A stretch of 64,000 nucleotides of DNA. It comes from Candidatus Zixiibacteriota bacterium. Lineage in GTDB: Bacteria > Zixibacteria > MSB-5A5 > GN15 > JAAZOE01. The notes under the pieces were generated by a model. The model made no database searches, was not told the origin of the DNA, and worked only from the letters and a program-made list of their open reading frames with translations. Below, in pieces: positions 40,701 to 49,395 of the stretch; position 1 is the first letter of the stretch, and every line of letters starts with the position of its first letter. The stretch spans positions 37,828 to 101,827 of the forward strand of contig JBDREQ010000039.1 of NCBI GenBank assembly GCA_043819555.1, read 5' to 3'. Made by a program: the position numbers and the translations under genes.

Positions 40701-41115
40701 AGGGCGATAAAAAGGCATCGAATATCAAAGTCATAAGAATCAGAACCGCATTCAGAGCGAGGAAAACGCCCAGTATACCCAGAAACTTCCCAAGGAGATA
40801 ATCGATATTTGAAAACGAGCGGGTAAAAATGACTTGCGACGTATCATGATTTTTGTCGCGCTTTAAAAACTCGGTTGCCATAAAGGCCGCGATTATACCC
40901 TGATATATATTGAGCATTTTCAGATTGGCCAATAAAAGAGAACCGCCCAGGGCACGCATGTAGTGAGGCGCCCCGCCGATTTTGGTGCCCATTCCCATGC
41001 ACATCCCAAATAATATGGCAATGCCCAAAATGGAAAAGATTCGGAATGCCCATGACCGTAACAGGAGCTTGGCTTCATACCAGGCGACACTTTTTATGGC
41101 ATAGAGATTCAGCAT
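37741..41115 (-). CDS. ABC-2 permease fused to an M1-aminopeptidase-like periplasmic region (no HExxH) and a golvesin/CBM-like C-terminal domain
   Basis: About 7 TMs with EFLKRDK...YLLGK; M1-like LFSLNPGLKV, ESGWYP, GLEYPY..FSLVEAP; C-terminal VDNEDPGF...GWNYLGTF...ADAIKW. Confidence 0.75.
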   Translation of the reverse strand: MLNLYAIKSVAWYEAKLLLRSWAFRIFSILGIAILFGMCMGMGTKIGGAPHYMRALGGSLLLANLKMLNIYQGIIAAFMATEFLKRDKNHDTSQVIFTRSFSNIDYLLGKFLGILGVFLALNAVLILMTLIFDAFLSPSAFAWEPYLWFPLLVSLPTLTFVIGGSVLLVTLFRSQAVVFVAMLGFSLLSLIYLGRHFYFIFDAYMLYQPLIFSGFVGLGNWSDVFLLRGAYFILGLGMFFISVFTTKRLKQSRVANVAASVISIVCLVSSVLLGMTYLNSNYQDRDYRQDLKSLAQSAPNTPTVNILENSLEIDWQGGVLSGRSTLSVVNNNESSLDSLLFSLNPGLKVSSISISGEVIEFSQNRFLIWIKPQNPVAMNDTLSMIIEYSGSIDDRYCYLDLPNDKLESEYSLWIFRIPKIYSFVADRYLHLTPESGWYPNAGLQPGTAFPDSPAREFTKFSLTVSAPPGLTAISQGKVSTIEKNGQIEYSFAPEKFLPQMSLTIGEYERHFLTAEDVEYSLYTFPGHDYYLEYFNELGDTIGTVIIDLKNEYEVNLGLEYPYDKFSLVEAPIQFYAYNRYWTIAQETVQPQIVYLTEMGTANSGCDFRRFERSSNWSQERANQLEDPKVLQATYLGYFAKIDLMGFNEDMRGLTRHENVEIRFKILPNFVSYVTNINSENWPFLNYAFESYFESRIKPPPQISMWFDAGLTEQERANLALKQFPLKEIINTSAVKDETVQAAVKSKGLSLISILEARSGNEEFTGEINDFIKTNSFQNITDSTILAFASRVGSPEFASDIDVWYGDTALAGYIFEDIESYNIIHDERTKTQVKFKVTNPTDVDGLIKISLRYQRQEANFGPRWERMQQQYDYSKMYYVPAQKRREIGFIIDQPPSSMTIDTYVSQNIPAILNHQFRDQQMRRKETPVEMDSLAAFADNKNDSSGEYLVDNEDPGFTIIGIIPENWLRRNLREYFDIGEIEDPYVGIRSWDAPGVWLPTTGQKFHGKFIKSAMHKKSGTGENKIAWEINLEASGDFDVYFYFEDESYENWWRHRGGNRNQDMGEKQFFVYHEDGVEEILLDLDDAEEGWNYLGTFRLPSGSNKIEMTDKNRTQVVTADAIKWVKR

Positions 41116-41130
41116 GCAATTGTTCTCCGA

Positions 41131-42042
41131 TTACCAGCCATTATCCGAAGCTTCCAGATCCATTTCAAATCCGCTGGTTTGCATGAAATAAATATAAGCA
41201 TCTTCAAGATTGGGCTCAAGTGGCTCGGCATCTTTCCCCGTTACTTCTTCCGCAACCAAACGAAGCTCATAACCGTGCTCAGCCGGCATAGCAGAAATGA
41301 CGGGGTATTTTTCCTTAAACCTGTCAATTTCCCCGCCATCGACATACACCCGCCAGACTTTTCCTTTAGTCTTATTTATCAATCCATCCGGAGAGCCATT
41401 ATAGATTATTCTCCCCGAGCTAAGAAGAGCCATATCATGGCATGTGGATGATATATCCCCGACTATATGAGTTGATAAGACAATAATTATATCCCGGGTG
41501 GCCAAATCAGCCATCAAATTTCGAAATCTCAGCCGTTCCTGAGGGTCAAGGCCGACGGTCGGTTCATCGACGATTAAAATCTGCGGATCGCCAATAAGGG
41601 TTTGGGCAATTCCCAATCGTCTTTTCATCCCGCCTGACAACTTGTTTGCGTTGCGGTCGCGGACATCAAAGAGGCCGACCTCATCCAGCAGTTTATCGAC
41701 TTTTTCAAGGCGTTTTTTCTTATCTTTCACGCCGCTCATTTGGGCGGCATAATCAAGAAATTCCCATACTGCAGTTTTGGCAAAGGTACTGAAGCCCTGA
41801 GGCAAATAGCCAATCAAACGGCGAATTTCACGGCGTTGTTTCTGTAAATCCATATCATTTATTTTAATCTGGCCCTGAGTCGGTTTTAGAAGCGTAACCA
41901 GGATACTCATTAAAGTCGTTTTGCCGGCTCCATTGGGGCCCAGAAGTCCGAATAAACCATTCTCAATTGTCAAGCCAACGTCGCGAAGAGCCAATTTGCC
42001 GCCGGGGTATTGTTTGGTAAGGTTATTTATTCGTATTTCCAT
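41131..42042 (-). CDS. ABC transporter ATP-binding protein (DrrA/CcmA-like), first gene of the RND-ABC operon
   Basis: GPNGAGKTT, LSGGMKRR, IVDEPT, STH. Confidence 0.95.
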   Translation of the reverse strand: MEIRINNLTKQYPGGKLALRDVGLTIENGLFGLLGPNGAGKTTLMSILVTLLKPTQGQIKINDMDLQKQRREIRRLIGYLPQGFSTFAKTAVWEFLDYAAQMSGVKDKKKRLEKVDKLLDEVGLFDVRDRNANKLSGGMKRRLGIAQTLIGDPQILIVDEPTVGLDPQERLRFRNLMADLATRDIIIVLSTHIVGDISSTCHDMALLSSGRIIYNGSPDGLINKTKGKVWRVYVDGGEIDRFKEKYPVISAMPAEHGYELRLVAEEVTGKDAEPLEPNLEDAYIYFMQTSGFEMDLEASDNGW

Positions 42043-42341
42043 ACCGCCTCGAATAGTTCGTCCGGATGAAAAGCCCTGTGCACATTACTAACTTATAAGA
42101 CCGGAATTTAACCTAATAGCTCCATTTGGCAAGCCGCGTTAACCGATAATTATATTTTTGTTCATTTTAAGTCAGCCTTTTAGCTAAGACAACCAATTGG
42201 CAATAAAGACCAAATATTTTGTCGTGCGATAATATGAAACACAAAAACTCTTTATCAGTTTTTTTAATCGTTTGGATAATTTACGCAAAACTCTTAATTA
42301 AGTTGCGTTTGGATAGTCATTTGGGGCGCGGATTACTAATC

Positions 42342-43040
42342 TTAATCACTCACAATTAAGCGAAATCCTTTACCGTGAATTCCCCTTATTTCAATCCTGG
42401 GATCACCTTTGAGGTATTTTCGTAATTTTGATATAAACACGTCCATACTGCGACCGCTGAAGTAATTTTCGCTGCCCCAGATTTTCTTCAAAGCTTCATT
42501 TCGATCAAGGGTTTTATTGAGATTAATGCAGAGCAGTCGTAATAAATCGGCTTCCTTGGGCGTTAGTTTTCTTTCATTATTATCATTGACTAACAAGCTC
42601 CGATTATAATCGAATGTAAAAATGCCGATTTTAAAATTAACTTGTAAATTGTCACTTTCGTTCTGTGCGTTAACTCGTTTTAAAATCGCTCGAATTCGTA
42701 AGAGCAATTCTTCAATACTGAACGGTTTTGTTATATAATCGTCGCATCCTATTCCAAATCCCCTTATTTTATCCTCGGTCAGCGATTTGGCTGTTAGAAA
42801 AATAAGGGGGATGTCTTGATCCATGTCGCGAACTTTGCGAGCGAATGTAAACCCATCCATTTTGGGCATCATTACGTCAACCAAACATAGATCATAAGAG
42901 TTATTTGAAAAAAGGTCCCAGCCTTCCGAGCCATTTACGCATAGGATAACTCCAAAACCCTGCATTTGCAGATGTTCCCTGAGTATTAACCCAAAATTGG
43001 CATCATCTTCCAGAAGAAGAATTTCAGTTTTCTGATTCAT
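42342..43040 (-). CDS. OmpR/PhoB-family response regulator (RprY-like)
   Basis: LLEDD, DVMMP, DDYITKPF, winged helix RSMDVFISKLRK...HGKGF. Confidence 0.95.
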   Translation of the reverse strand: MNQKTEILLLEDDANFGLILREHLQMQGFGVILCVNGSEGWDLFSNNSYDLCLVDVMMPKMDGFTFARKVRDMDQDIPLIFLTAKSLTEDKIRGFGIGCDDYITKPFSIEELLLRIRAILKRVNAQNESDNLQVNFKIGIFTFDYNRSLLVNDNNERKLTPKEADLLRLLCINLNKTLDRNEALKKIWGSENYFSGRSMDVFISKLRKYLKGDPRIEIRGIHGKGFRLIVSD

Positions 43041-43043
43041 GGT

Positions 43044-44759
43044 TTACGCCTCTGTGTCAATCGTTGGAAATACCAGATAGACCTCCGTACCTTTATTGAG
43101 TTCGCTTTTTATTTCAACTGTACCGTTCATCGCCTCGGTCATTAATTTAACATAACTCAATCCAAGGCCAAACCCTTTGACGTCATGCACGTCCCCGGAC
43201 GGAACCCGGAAATACTTGTCAAAAACCAGATCAATATCGGACTTTCCGATTCCCTGACCCTTGTCTGAAACGATAATTACAATATAGTTTTTTCTATTGT
43301 GGGTCGAAATGCATATTTCAGGGGCGGCTTTGGAATACTTGCAGGAATTATCCAATAAATTTCTGATGATGCCTGTAAGATGAATTGGATCGGCGGCGAC
43401 AAAAAATTTATTAGCCGCGAGTGAAGTTTCGATTATCCCGTTCTTGTGCTCAATGCGCAATACTTCCCGATTTACTTCGGACTTAATAATCTCATGGACG
43501 CTCACATCCTCTGAATTGAGTTCAACTTCACTCTCTTCCAATACCGCCATTTGCAAAATCTTCTCGGTCTGGCTGCTCATCCGTTGGTTTTCGCTTTGAA
43601 TCATCCGGCTGTATTGCAGTACTTTTTCCTTTTGGTCAATTATATCCGGTCTGATAATGGCTTCGCAGGCCAATTTCACAGTTGAAATTGGCGTTTTGAA
43701 TTCGTGGGTCATATTATTAATAAAATCCACCATCAGCGTTGAAAATCTTTTCTGGTGAATAATCGTTCGAATTGTGTACGCAAAACAGCCGATTATGATT
43801 AGCATAAAGGCAAAGGTCAGGAAAAAGATGGGACCGGTTTGCCACCATAAAAAGGCTCTTTGACCGGGGAAATATAATCGCAATTCGTTTCCGGACCTAA
43901 GAGGCGCTATTGGAAAAAGTTGCGACCGGAAATTGGTATTCAGTATACCGTTCTCATGTTCTTCGGATTTCAGCATGACCAACGAATCGCCCCGAGGATC
44001 AAAAATCCCAAAAGAGTATTCTAGATCAATATCGTATTCCCTCAAACTCTGAGAAATCAGAGAATCCAAAAGTCTGGGATTGGGCAAATCCAATTTACCG
44101 CTTCCGTCACCGGCCATAAATTCCCGAATAATATTTATAAAAATTGGATCCTGATCCGAATCGGCAACATCATCCCGGGATATTCCACCCATGACTCCAT
44201 CAGACCACTGTAGTGTAGCCGAACCGCTATCGGTTGTGATCTTAACCAGGAACCGCCCCGGGTCAAGGAGATGGTCTTCTAAATTTAATCTATGTTCGCC
44301 CTCCTGCAAAAACGTATCGACGACTATCTGATCTATGCCTTCATCAAGATTATAACTATATATTGTCATGCGCTGAGGGAAACGAGCGGGATAACTTAAC
44401 ACTCCATCTTCGATTCGATATAGATCAAGATCATTTACTGAATCGGTATTGTATCTTTCGGCCCTGACAAATGTTTTTTGGGCTATCCGATCTTCATTTA
44501 AACTGTCAGTTATTATAGACTCAACCTGAATGCATAATGAATCATCTTTGGGTATGCTAAAAAAGGTAAAATCAATTAATTCGTTGGTGATTAATTTTTG
44601 TGTCGTCAGAGCCATCGAAGCATTAACGTTGCGTCGAAAAGCCTGCTCTTTGAGATCAATGGCATAGTTGAGCAGCATTATTTGCAGGATTACCAATCCT
44701 GACAATGCGAACACAATCAACCCAATGATTAAGCCGACAGTTTTATTGGACAGCCTCAT
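43044..44759 (-). CDS. Sensor histidine kinase (two TMs, periplasmic sensor)
   Basis: NNMTHEFKTP, NLLDNSCKY, DKGQG, FDKYFR, GFGLGL. Confidence 0.95.
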   Translation of the reverse strand: MRLSNKTVGLIIGLIVFALSGLVILQIMLLNYAIDLKEQAFRRNVNASMALTTQKLITNELIDFTFFSIPKDDSLCIQVESIITDSLNEDRIAQKTFVRAERYNTDSVNDLDLYRIEDGVLSYPARFPQRMTIYSYNLDEGIDQIVVDTFLQEGEHRLNLEDHLLDPGRFLVKITTDSGSATLQWSDGVMGGISRDDVADSDQDPIFINIIREFMAGDGSGKLDLPNPRLLDSLISQSLREYDIDLEYSFGIFDPRGDSLVMLKSEEHENGILNTNFRSQLFPIAPLRSGNELRLYFPGQRAFLWWQTGPIFFLTFAFMLIIIGCFAYTIRTIIHQKRFSTLMVDFINNMTHEFKTPISTVKLACEAIIRPDIIDQKEKVLQYSRMIQSENQRMSSQTEKILQMAVLEESEVELNSEDVSVHEIIKSEVNREVLRIEHKNGIIETSLAANKFFVAADPIHLTGIIRNLLDNSCKYSKAAPEICISTHNRKNYIVIIVSDKGQGIGKSDIDLVFDKYFRVPSGDVHDVKGFGLGLSYVKLMTEAMNGTVEIKSELNKGTEVYLVFPTIDTEA

Positions 44760-44798
44760 AATTCTATTATACGGTAAAATAATGCAAATTCTACCCCA

Positions 44799-44862
44799 TT
44801 AACATATATTAACAAAATCTAACATATCTTAACTAAACATTTTTTTATATTTGGTGTATGCT
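44799..44862 (+). promoter_or_regulatory. Four phased (T/C)TAAC direct repeats (putative OmpR-family boxes) plus a -10 element
   Basis: TTAAC/TTAAC/CTAAC/TTAAC at 44799, 44809, 44819 and 44829 (exact 10-bp period); TATGCT at 44857. Confidence 0.65.
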
Positions 44863-44896
44863 AAATTATAACAATTTATCGAATGGAGGTAGATAG

Positions 44897-45646
44897 ATGC
44901 GACAGACTAAAGTATTTTTCACAATGTTAATGATACTGGGAGCGACAATATTAATGCATGGAATGACTCCCGCCCAGCAAATGATGAAAATTGACTTAGG
45001 CGATGGGGAAGTATTTTTTCTACAGGATATTGGCTGTCTGATAAAAATGGATGGTGAACAACTGGTCGTTGATTTTGTGATGCCGGCCGATACCCGCTCA
45101 AAGGAATATCGGGAACTTGACTTCCAAAAAGGCGATGTAGTCGCCATGATGAACGGCAAAGGCTTAAAAAGTATAAAAGATATTGAAGAAAAATACGCCA
45201 GCATTGCCGAAGGGGAACCGGTCAAAATGGGAATCAAACGGGGTCGGGACATGATGATGATGGCATTTGATAAGCCGGCCGCCGGATCCGTTCAGCCGGG
45301 GCAAAAAATTATAATAGCGACTCCGGGTGATGCTACTGAAGGGAGTTCAGGATTTCCCCTAATGGGGCTGGGAATTTTCATAGATGAGGCAAAAGACAAG
45401 GTGGTCGTATCCGATGTTATGTACGAAGTTCCGGCGTTAGAAGAGGGATTGAATTTTGAAAAGGACGATATCATCACGGAAATGAACGGGGCTCCCGTTA
45501 CTTCGGCAAAAAACTTATTTGAAGAATATCAAAACCTTAAGCCCGGAGATAAAACTGCTTTCGAGGGCGTGCGGGCAGATAAACCATTTTCAATTACTTT
45601 TGAAAAGCCGGAGATTAAAGCTCGATCAGTGATTAAAGAAAATTAA
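44897..45646 (+). CDS. Exported tandem-PDZ-domain protein
   Basis: Signal peptide; two PDZ-like units (FQKGDVVAMMNGK and FEKDDIITEMNGAPV, GLGI); GGAGG RBS. Confidence 0.8.
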   Translation: MRQTKVFFTMLMILGATILMHGMTPAQQMMKIDLGDGEVFFLQDIGCLIKMDGEQLVVDFVMPADTRSKEYRELDFQKGDVVAMMNGKGLKSIKDIEEKYASIAEGEPVKMGIKRGRDMMMMAFDKPAAGSVQPGQKIIIATPGDATEGSSGFPLMGLGIFIDEAKDKVVVSDVMYEVPALEEGLNFEKDDIITEMNGAPVTSAKNLFEEYQNLKPGDKTAFEGVRADKPFSITFEKPEIKARSVIKEN

Positions 45647-45657
45647 AAGGACATTTT

Positions 45658-47160
45658 ATGATAATTACCACTCGCTATTTATTTTTTGGCATTATCTGCT
45701 TGTTATTGATGAGTTCAATTGTATCGGGGCAGGCTTATAATCCATTTAATCAACGCGATGACAGGTACCGTCTTTTGGGGCTCAAACGAGCCAAAGAAGC
45801 CCATGATGCCGCCCGCGCTGAGTTTAACCGACAACAGGAATTGTTTAATCGTGACTTGATTTCAAATCAGGAGCTGGAACGCGCCCGATCGTTTTATTCC
45901 GATGCCGAAGTCAACTATCATCAATCGCTTCTCGCGGTGCTTTTTGAGGAACAATATGTGACCGTCTCAAAGGCGATTAAATACCAGAACGCGAACGATG
46001 AAAAAAGAGCGCGTTTGACACTCACTAATCCCTCGGGAGGAAGCGCCGAATTTCAGAAATTGCTCGAAATCGAAGATGAATTATTCCGTTCGCTGCAACC
46101 CGATGTGATTAATAACGTATACGTCTCTCTTCTCAACGATGAAAACGCAATCATCAGCCAGCCGTATGAGATAAAAATTCCCGTTTTGCGATACGGCGAA
46201 CCTGTCGAAATTGATTTTGAATTATTGCAGGACCTTGACGCCGTCAAAGTCTTCATCATTTACAGCAACGGTTCACAGCGCGAGATGAAAATCTTTTTGC
46301 AAAAGGATGTTACAGTAAACAGAGTCGCGGTTCAGTCGGAGCAGTTTTCACAGGAGGTTGAACTTGGCAGCTCCGCCGCCTTTGATTTGAATCTGGAGCT
46401 ATACAGTAGTTCTGAAAACACATTCAGCCTTGAAGTAGTCAATCTCCCCCGCCAAATCGGACGCGTATTCAAAGATAGATCCGGCCAGGCGAGATTGAGC
46501 CAGGTGAAATTCACGCAGTCATCACGCAGTAAACAAGCTTCTTTGGAGATTACTTTGCCGGATCGACCCACGGATGAAGTGAAAATGGATGAACCGATCA
46601 GTTTTTTTGTCCTTGTCCTCCCCCGCGATAAAATGAGTGAAATACCCGACTTATCCACTCGGCAATGGACACTGGAAGCGATCAATAATCTTGATATCGG
46701 ATTCGTTCGACTGGAATTAGTACCCCGTGGTAAAGGTAGACTTTTAGTCAGGGCTCCGCAACTTTACCATGCCATTATGCCCGATGAGTCGGTAGATATG
46801 TACATCGACGTAATCAATGAAGGCAGCCGTCATTTGGATAATATCCGCATCGAAACCGATATGCCGCTCAATTGGACAAAGAATATTCAGCCGCCTTTAA
46901 TTGAATCATTAGAAATAGATGAAGAAAGACGCATTCGTTTGATATTCACCCCATCGCCCGACGCGTCATCCGGAAAATATGAGGTGCGGGTAAAAACCAG
47001 CGGCATGTCTGACAATCAGCCGGTAACAAGCGACGATAAAACCGTTTCCGTCGAGATTAAATCTGAAACAAATATCATCGGTATCGCCATACTAATGATT
47101 CTTGTCGTTGGCTTGGTGGGCGGAATAGTGTTTTATGGGGTCCGTCTGTCTCGCAAATAA
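45658..47160 (+). CDS. Exported, C-terminally anchored protein with MFP-like alpha-hairpin and NEW3/NPCBM-associated Ig-like domain
   Basis: Signal peptide; EFNRQQELFNRDLISNQELERA; NEGS..LDNI..PLNW...SGKYEV; C-terminal TM followed by RLSRK. Confidence 0.7.
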   Translation: MIITTRYLFFGIICLLLMSSIVSGQAYNPFNQRDDRYRLLGLKRAKEAHDAARAEFNRQQELFNRDLISNQELERARSFYSDAEVNYHQSLLAVLFEEQYVTVSKAIKYQNANDEKRARLTLTNPSGGSAEFQKLLEIEDELFRSLQPDVINNVYVSLLNDENAIISQPYEIKIPVLRYGEPVEIDFELLQDLDAVKVFIIYSNGSQREMKIFLQKDVTVNRVAVQSEQFSQEVELGSSAAFDLNLELYSSSENTFSLEVVNLPRQIGRVFKDRSGQARLSQVKFTQSSRSKQASLEITLPDRPTDEVKMDEPISFFVLVLPRDKMSEIPDLSTRQWTLEAINNLDIGFVRLELVPRGKGRLLVRAPQLYHAIMPDESVDMYIDVINEGSRHLDNIRIETDMPLNWTKNIQPPLIESLEIDEERRIRLIFTPSPDASSGKYEVRVKTSGMSDNQPVTSDDKTVSVEIKSETNIIGIAILMILVVGLVGGIVFYGVRLSRK

Positions 47161-47183
47161 TAAATAATGCTTAGGAGAATAAG

Positions 47184-47945
47184 ATGAGTGAAATTGGCGC
47201 CGCGAAACAGAAGCCGCGACTGCAAGCGGTTAATTTGACTAAACGATACGAAGATGGAGTGCTGGCTCTGGATCATATAAATTTCTCGGTTTATCCCGGA
47301 CAAATCTTTGTTATGCTCGGAGGCAATGGAGCAGGCAAAACGACAGCAATAAATTTATTTTTTAATTTCATAGAACCGACCGAGGGGGAAGCTTTGGTTG
47401 ATGGAATTGCGTCGCATAAGAATCCTCTTGAGGTTAAGAATTTAATGTCCTTCGTTTCTGAAAACGTCATGCTGTACAGCAATTTTACGGCTCTGCAAAA
47501 CCTTGATTTCTTTGCCAAACTGGGTGGCAAAAACAAATATACCAGCGATGATTACTCAAAAGTTTTACTCCGGGTCGGCCTGGAAGAAGAGGTTCATACC
47601 AAGCGATTGCGCGGATATTCAAAAGGGATGAGACAAAAGTGCGGCATTGCCATCGCAATTCTCAAAGGCGCCCCGATTATTCTTTTGGATGAGCCAACTT
47701 CGGGTTTGGATCCCAAAGCCGGATTCGATTTTATCCGCCTGCTCTGTGAACTCCGCGACGAGGGCAAATCAATTCTGATGTCCACTCATGATATATTTCG
47801 CGCCCGGGAAGTAGCCGATACTATCGCCATAATGAAAGACGGACAGATTATCATGCAAAAGCCTGCGGCTGAATTGGCCGGGCAGGATTTAGAAAATGTC
47901 TATATGCGGTACATGGCCGGACATGAAAACTCGGTGACGACCTGA
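47184..47945 (+). CDS. ABC transporter ATP-binding protein
   Basis: GGNGAGKTT, YSKGMRQK signature, LLDEPTSGLDP, STHD. Confidence 0.95.
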   Translation: MSEIGAAKQKPRLQAVNLTKRYEDGVLALDHINFSVYPGQIFVMLGGNGAGKTTAINLFFNFIEPTEGEALVDGIASHKNPLEVKNLMSFVSENVMLYSNFTALQNLDFFAKLGGKNKYTSDDYSKVLLRVGLEEEVHTKRLRGYSKGMRQKCGIAIAILKGAPIILLDEPTSGLDPKAGFDFIRLLCELRDEGKSILMSTHDIFRAREVADTIAIMKDGQIIMQKPAAELAGQDLENVYMRYMAGHENSVTT

Positions 47946-47959
47946 TTGGAGTAATTGAT

Positions 47960-49375
47960 ATGCTAAAAGTAATTATTGAAAAAGAGATTCGCGACATTAC
48001 CGGGTCGTTAAAGTTCGTCATTTCTTTCACCGTCTGCGCCGTTTTAATTCTGCTTTCATTCTATGTCGGGGCAAGCAACTATAAAATCAGCATGGGACAG
48101 TACGAGGCGGCCAAAGCGGAAAACATTCGGCAAATGGAGGGCCTCACCGAATGGTATTCGATTCAACAGCATCGCGCTTTTCTCCCCCCTAATCCCCTGG
48201 CATCGCTGGTCAGCGGTGTATCCAATGATATCGGGCGCACAATCGAAGTAAATCATCGCGGCGAATTAATCGCCCAGGATAGCAAATTCAATGAGGAACC
48301 GATTTACGCTGTCTTTCAATTTGTTGATTTGAGTTTTATCTTTGGCGTTGTGATTTCATTGTTCGCTATTCTGCTGGGATATGATTCGATCTGCGGCGAA
48401 AAAGAACACGGCACTCTCCGCCTTTCATTCGCTAACGCTGTCCCGCGAGCGACTTATATTCTGGGGAAATTGATCGGCTCGTTTCTGACACTGACAATTT
48501 CACTGATTCTGGCCATCTTGATAGGCTGTCTCCTGTTACCGGCTTTGAATATTTCTTTAACGGGAGGTGAATGGATTCGATTAATGCTAATTATAGGTAC
48601 GGGTCTCCTTTATTTTGGCGTGTTTCTGACTTTATCGGTATTTATATCATCCTGTTGTCGGAGAACTTCATCATCATTTCTAATGCTGCTGGTCATTTGG
48701 GTTTTTAGCGTTCTCATTATACCGCGAGCCTCCGTTCTTATGGCCGGGAGAGCCGCCGATGTCCCTTCGGTTGATGAGTTGGCGGCCCAAAAGGCGAGCT
48801 TCGCCCGGCAAACCTGGAAGGAATTTAATTCGCAGCTTAGCGGATTCGCGACTGGCCCAACCGACGATATTGAACAGACAATGGATATTTTCCATCGCTA
48901 TATGGATTCGTTGACTGCAGAGAGAGACCGCAAAATTGATGAATTGGTCGATCGCCTCAATGAAACCCGCAGAAATAAACAAATCGAGCGGGAAAAGATT
49001 GCCTTCGCCATGGCAAAAATTTCTCCTTCGGCATCACTCTCTTTAGCCCTGTCCAATCTGGCCGGAACCTCATCGGAATTAAAGAACCGGTTTACGCAAA
49101 CAGCTCTGGATTACAGAAAAATATACAACGATTTTGTAAATAAAAAAACCGGCATGGTCGTCGGGGGACGGATGGTTATGATAAAAATTGGCGATGAAGA
49201 AGAGGAGGAACCCGAACCGATCAATCCCGCCGAACTTCCGGAATACAGATTTGATCCGATTCCGCTAAAAGAATCCATATCTGCGGCAATTGTCGATATC
49301 GGAATTTTATCACTATTTAATATTATTTTCTTTGTCGGCGCGTTTGTGTCATTTATTCGATATGACGTTCGTTAA
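47960..49375 (+). CDS. ABC-2-type permease with large periplasmic helical loops
   Basis: KEIRD, YDSICGEKEHGTLRL...GK; ends in RYDVR. Confidence 0.88.
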   Translation: MLKVIIEKEIRDITGSLKFVISFTVCAVLILLSFYVGASNYKISMGQYEAAKAENIRQMEGLTEWYSIQQHRAFLPPNPLASLVSGVSNDIGRTIEVNHRGELIAQDSKFNEEPIYAVFQFVDLSFIFGVVISLFAILLGYDSICGEKEHGTLRLSFANAVPRATYILGKLIGSFLTLTISLILAILIGCLLLPALNISLTGGEWIRLMLIIGTGLLYFGVFLTLSVFISSCCRRTSSSFLMLLVIWVFSVLIIPRASVLMAGRAADVPSVDELAAQKASFARQTWKEFNSQLSGFATGPTDDIEQTMDIFHRYMDSLTAERDRKIDELVDRLNETRRNKQIEREKIAFAMAKISPSASLSLALSNLAGTSSELKNRFTQTALDYRKIYNDFVNKKTGMVVGGRMVMIKIGDEEEEEPEPINPAELPEYRFDPIPLKESISAAIVDIGILSLFNIIFFVGAFVSFIRYDVR

Positions 49376-49395
49376 GGTTTAAGGAGAATATTATT

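Noticed and set aside
44799..44840. CRISPR-like or satellite array at the TTAAC repeats
   Set aside because: The units are only 10 bp with no spacers or cas genes; better explained as regulator boxes. No CRISPR array was seen anywhere in the window.
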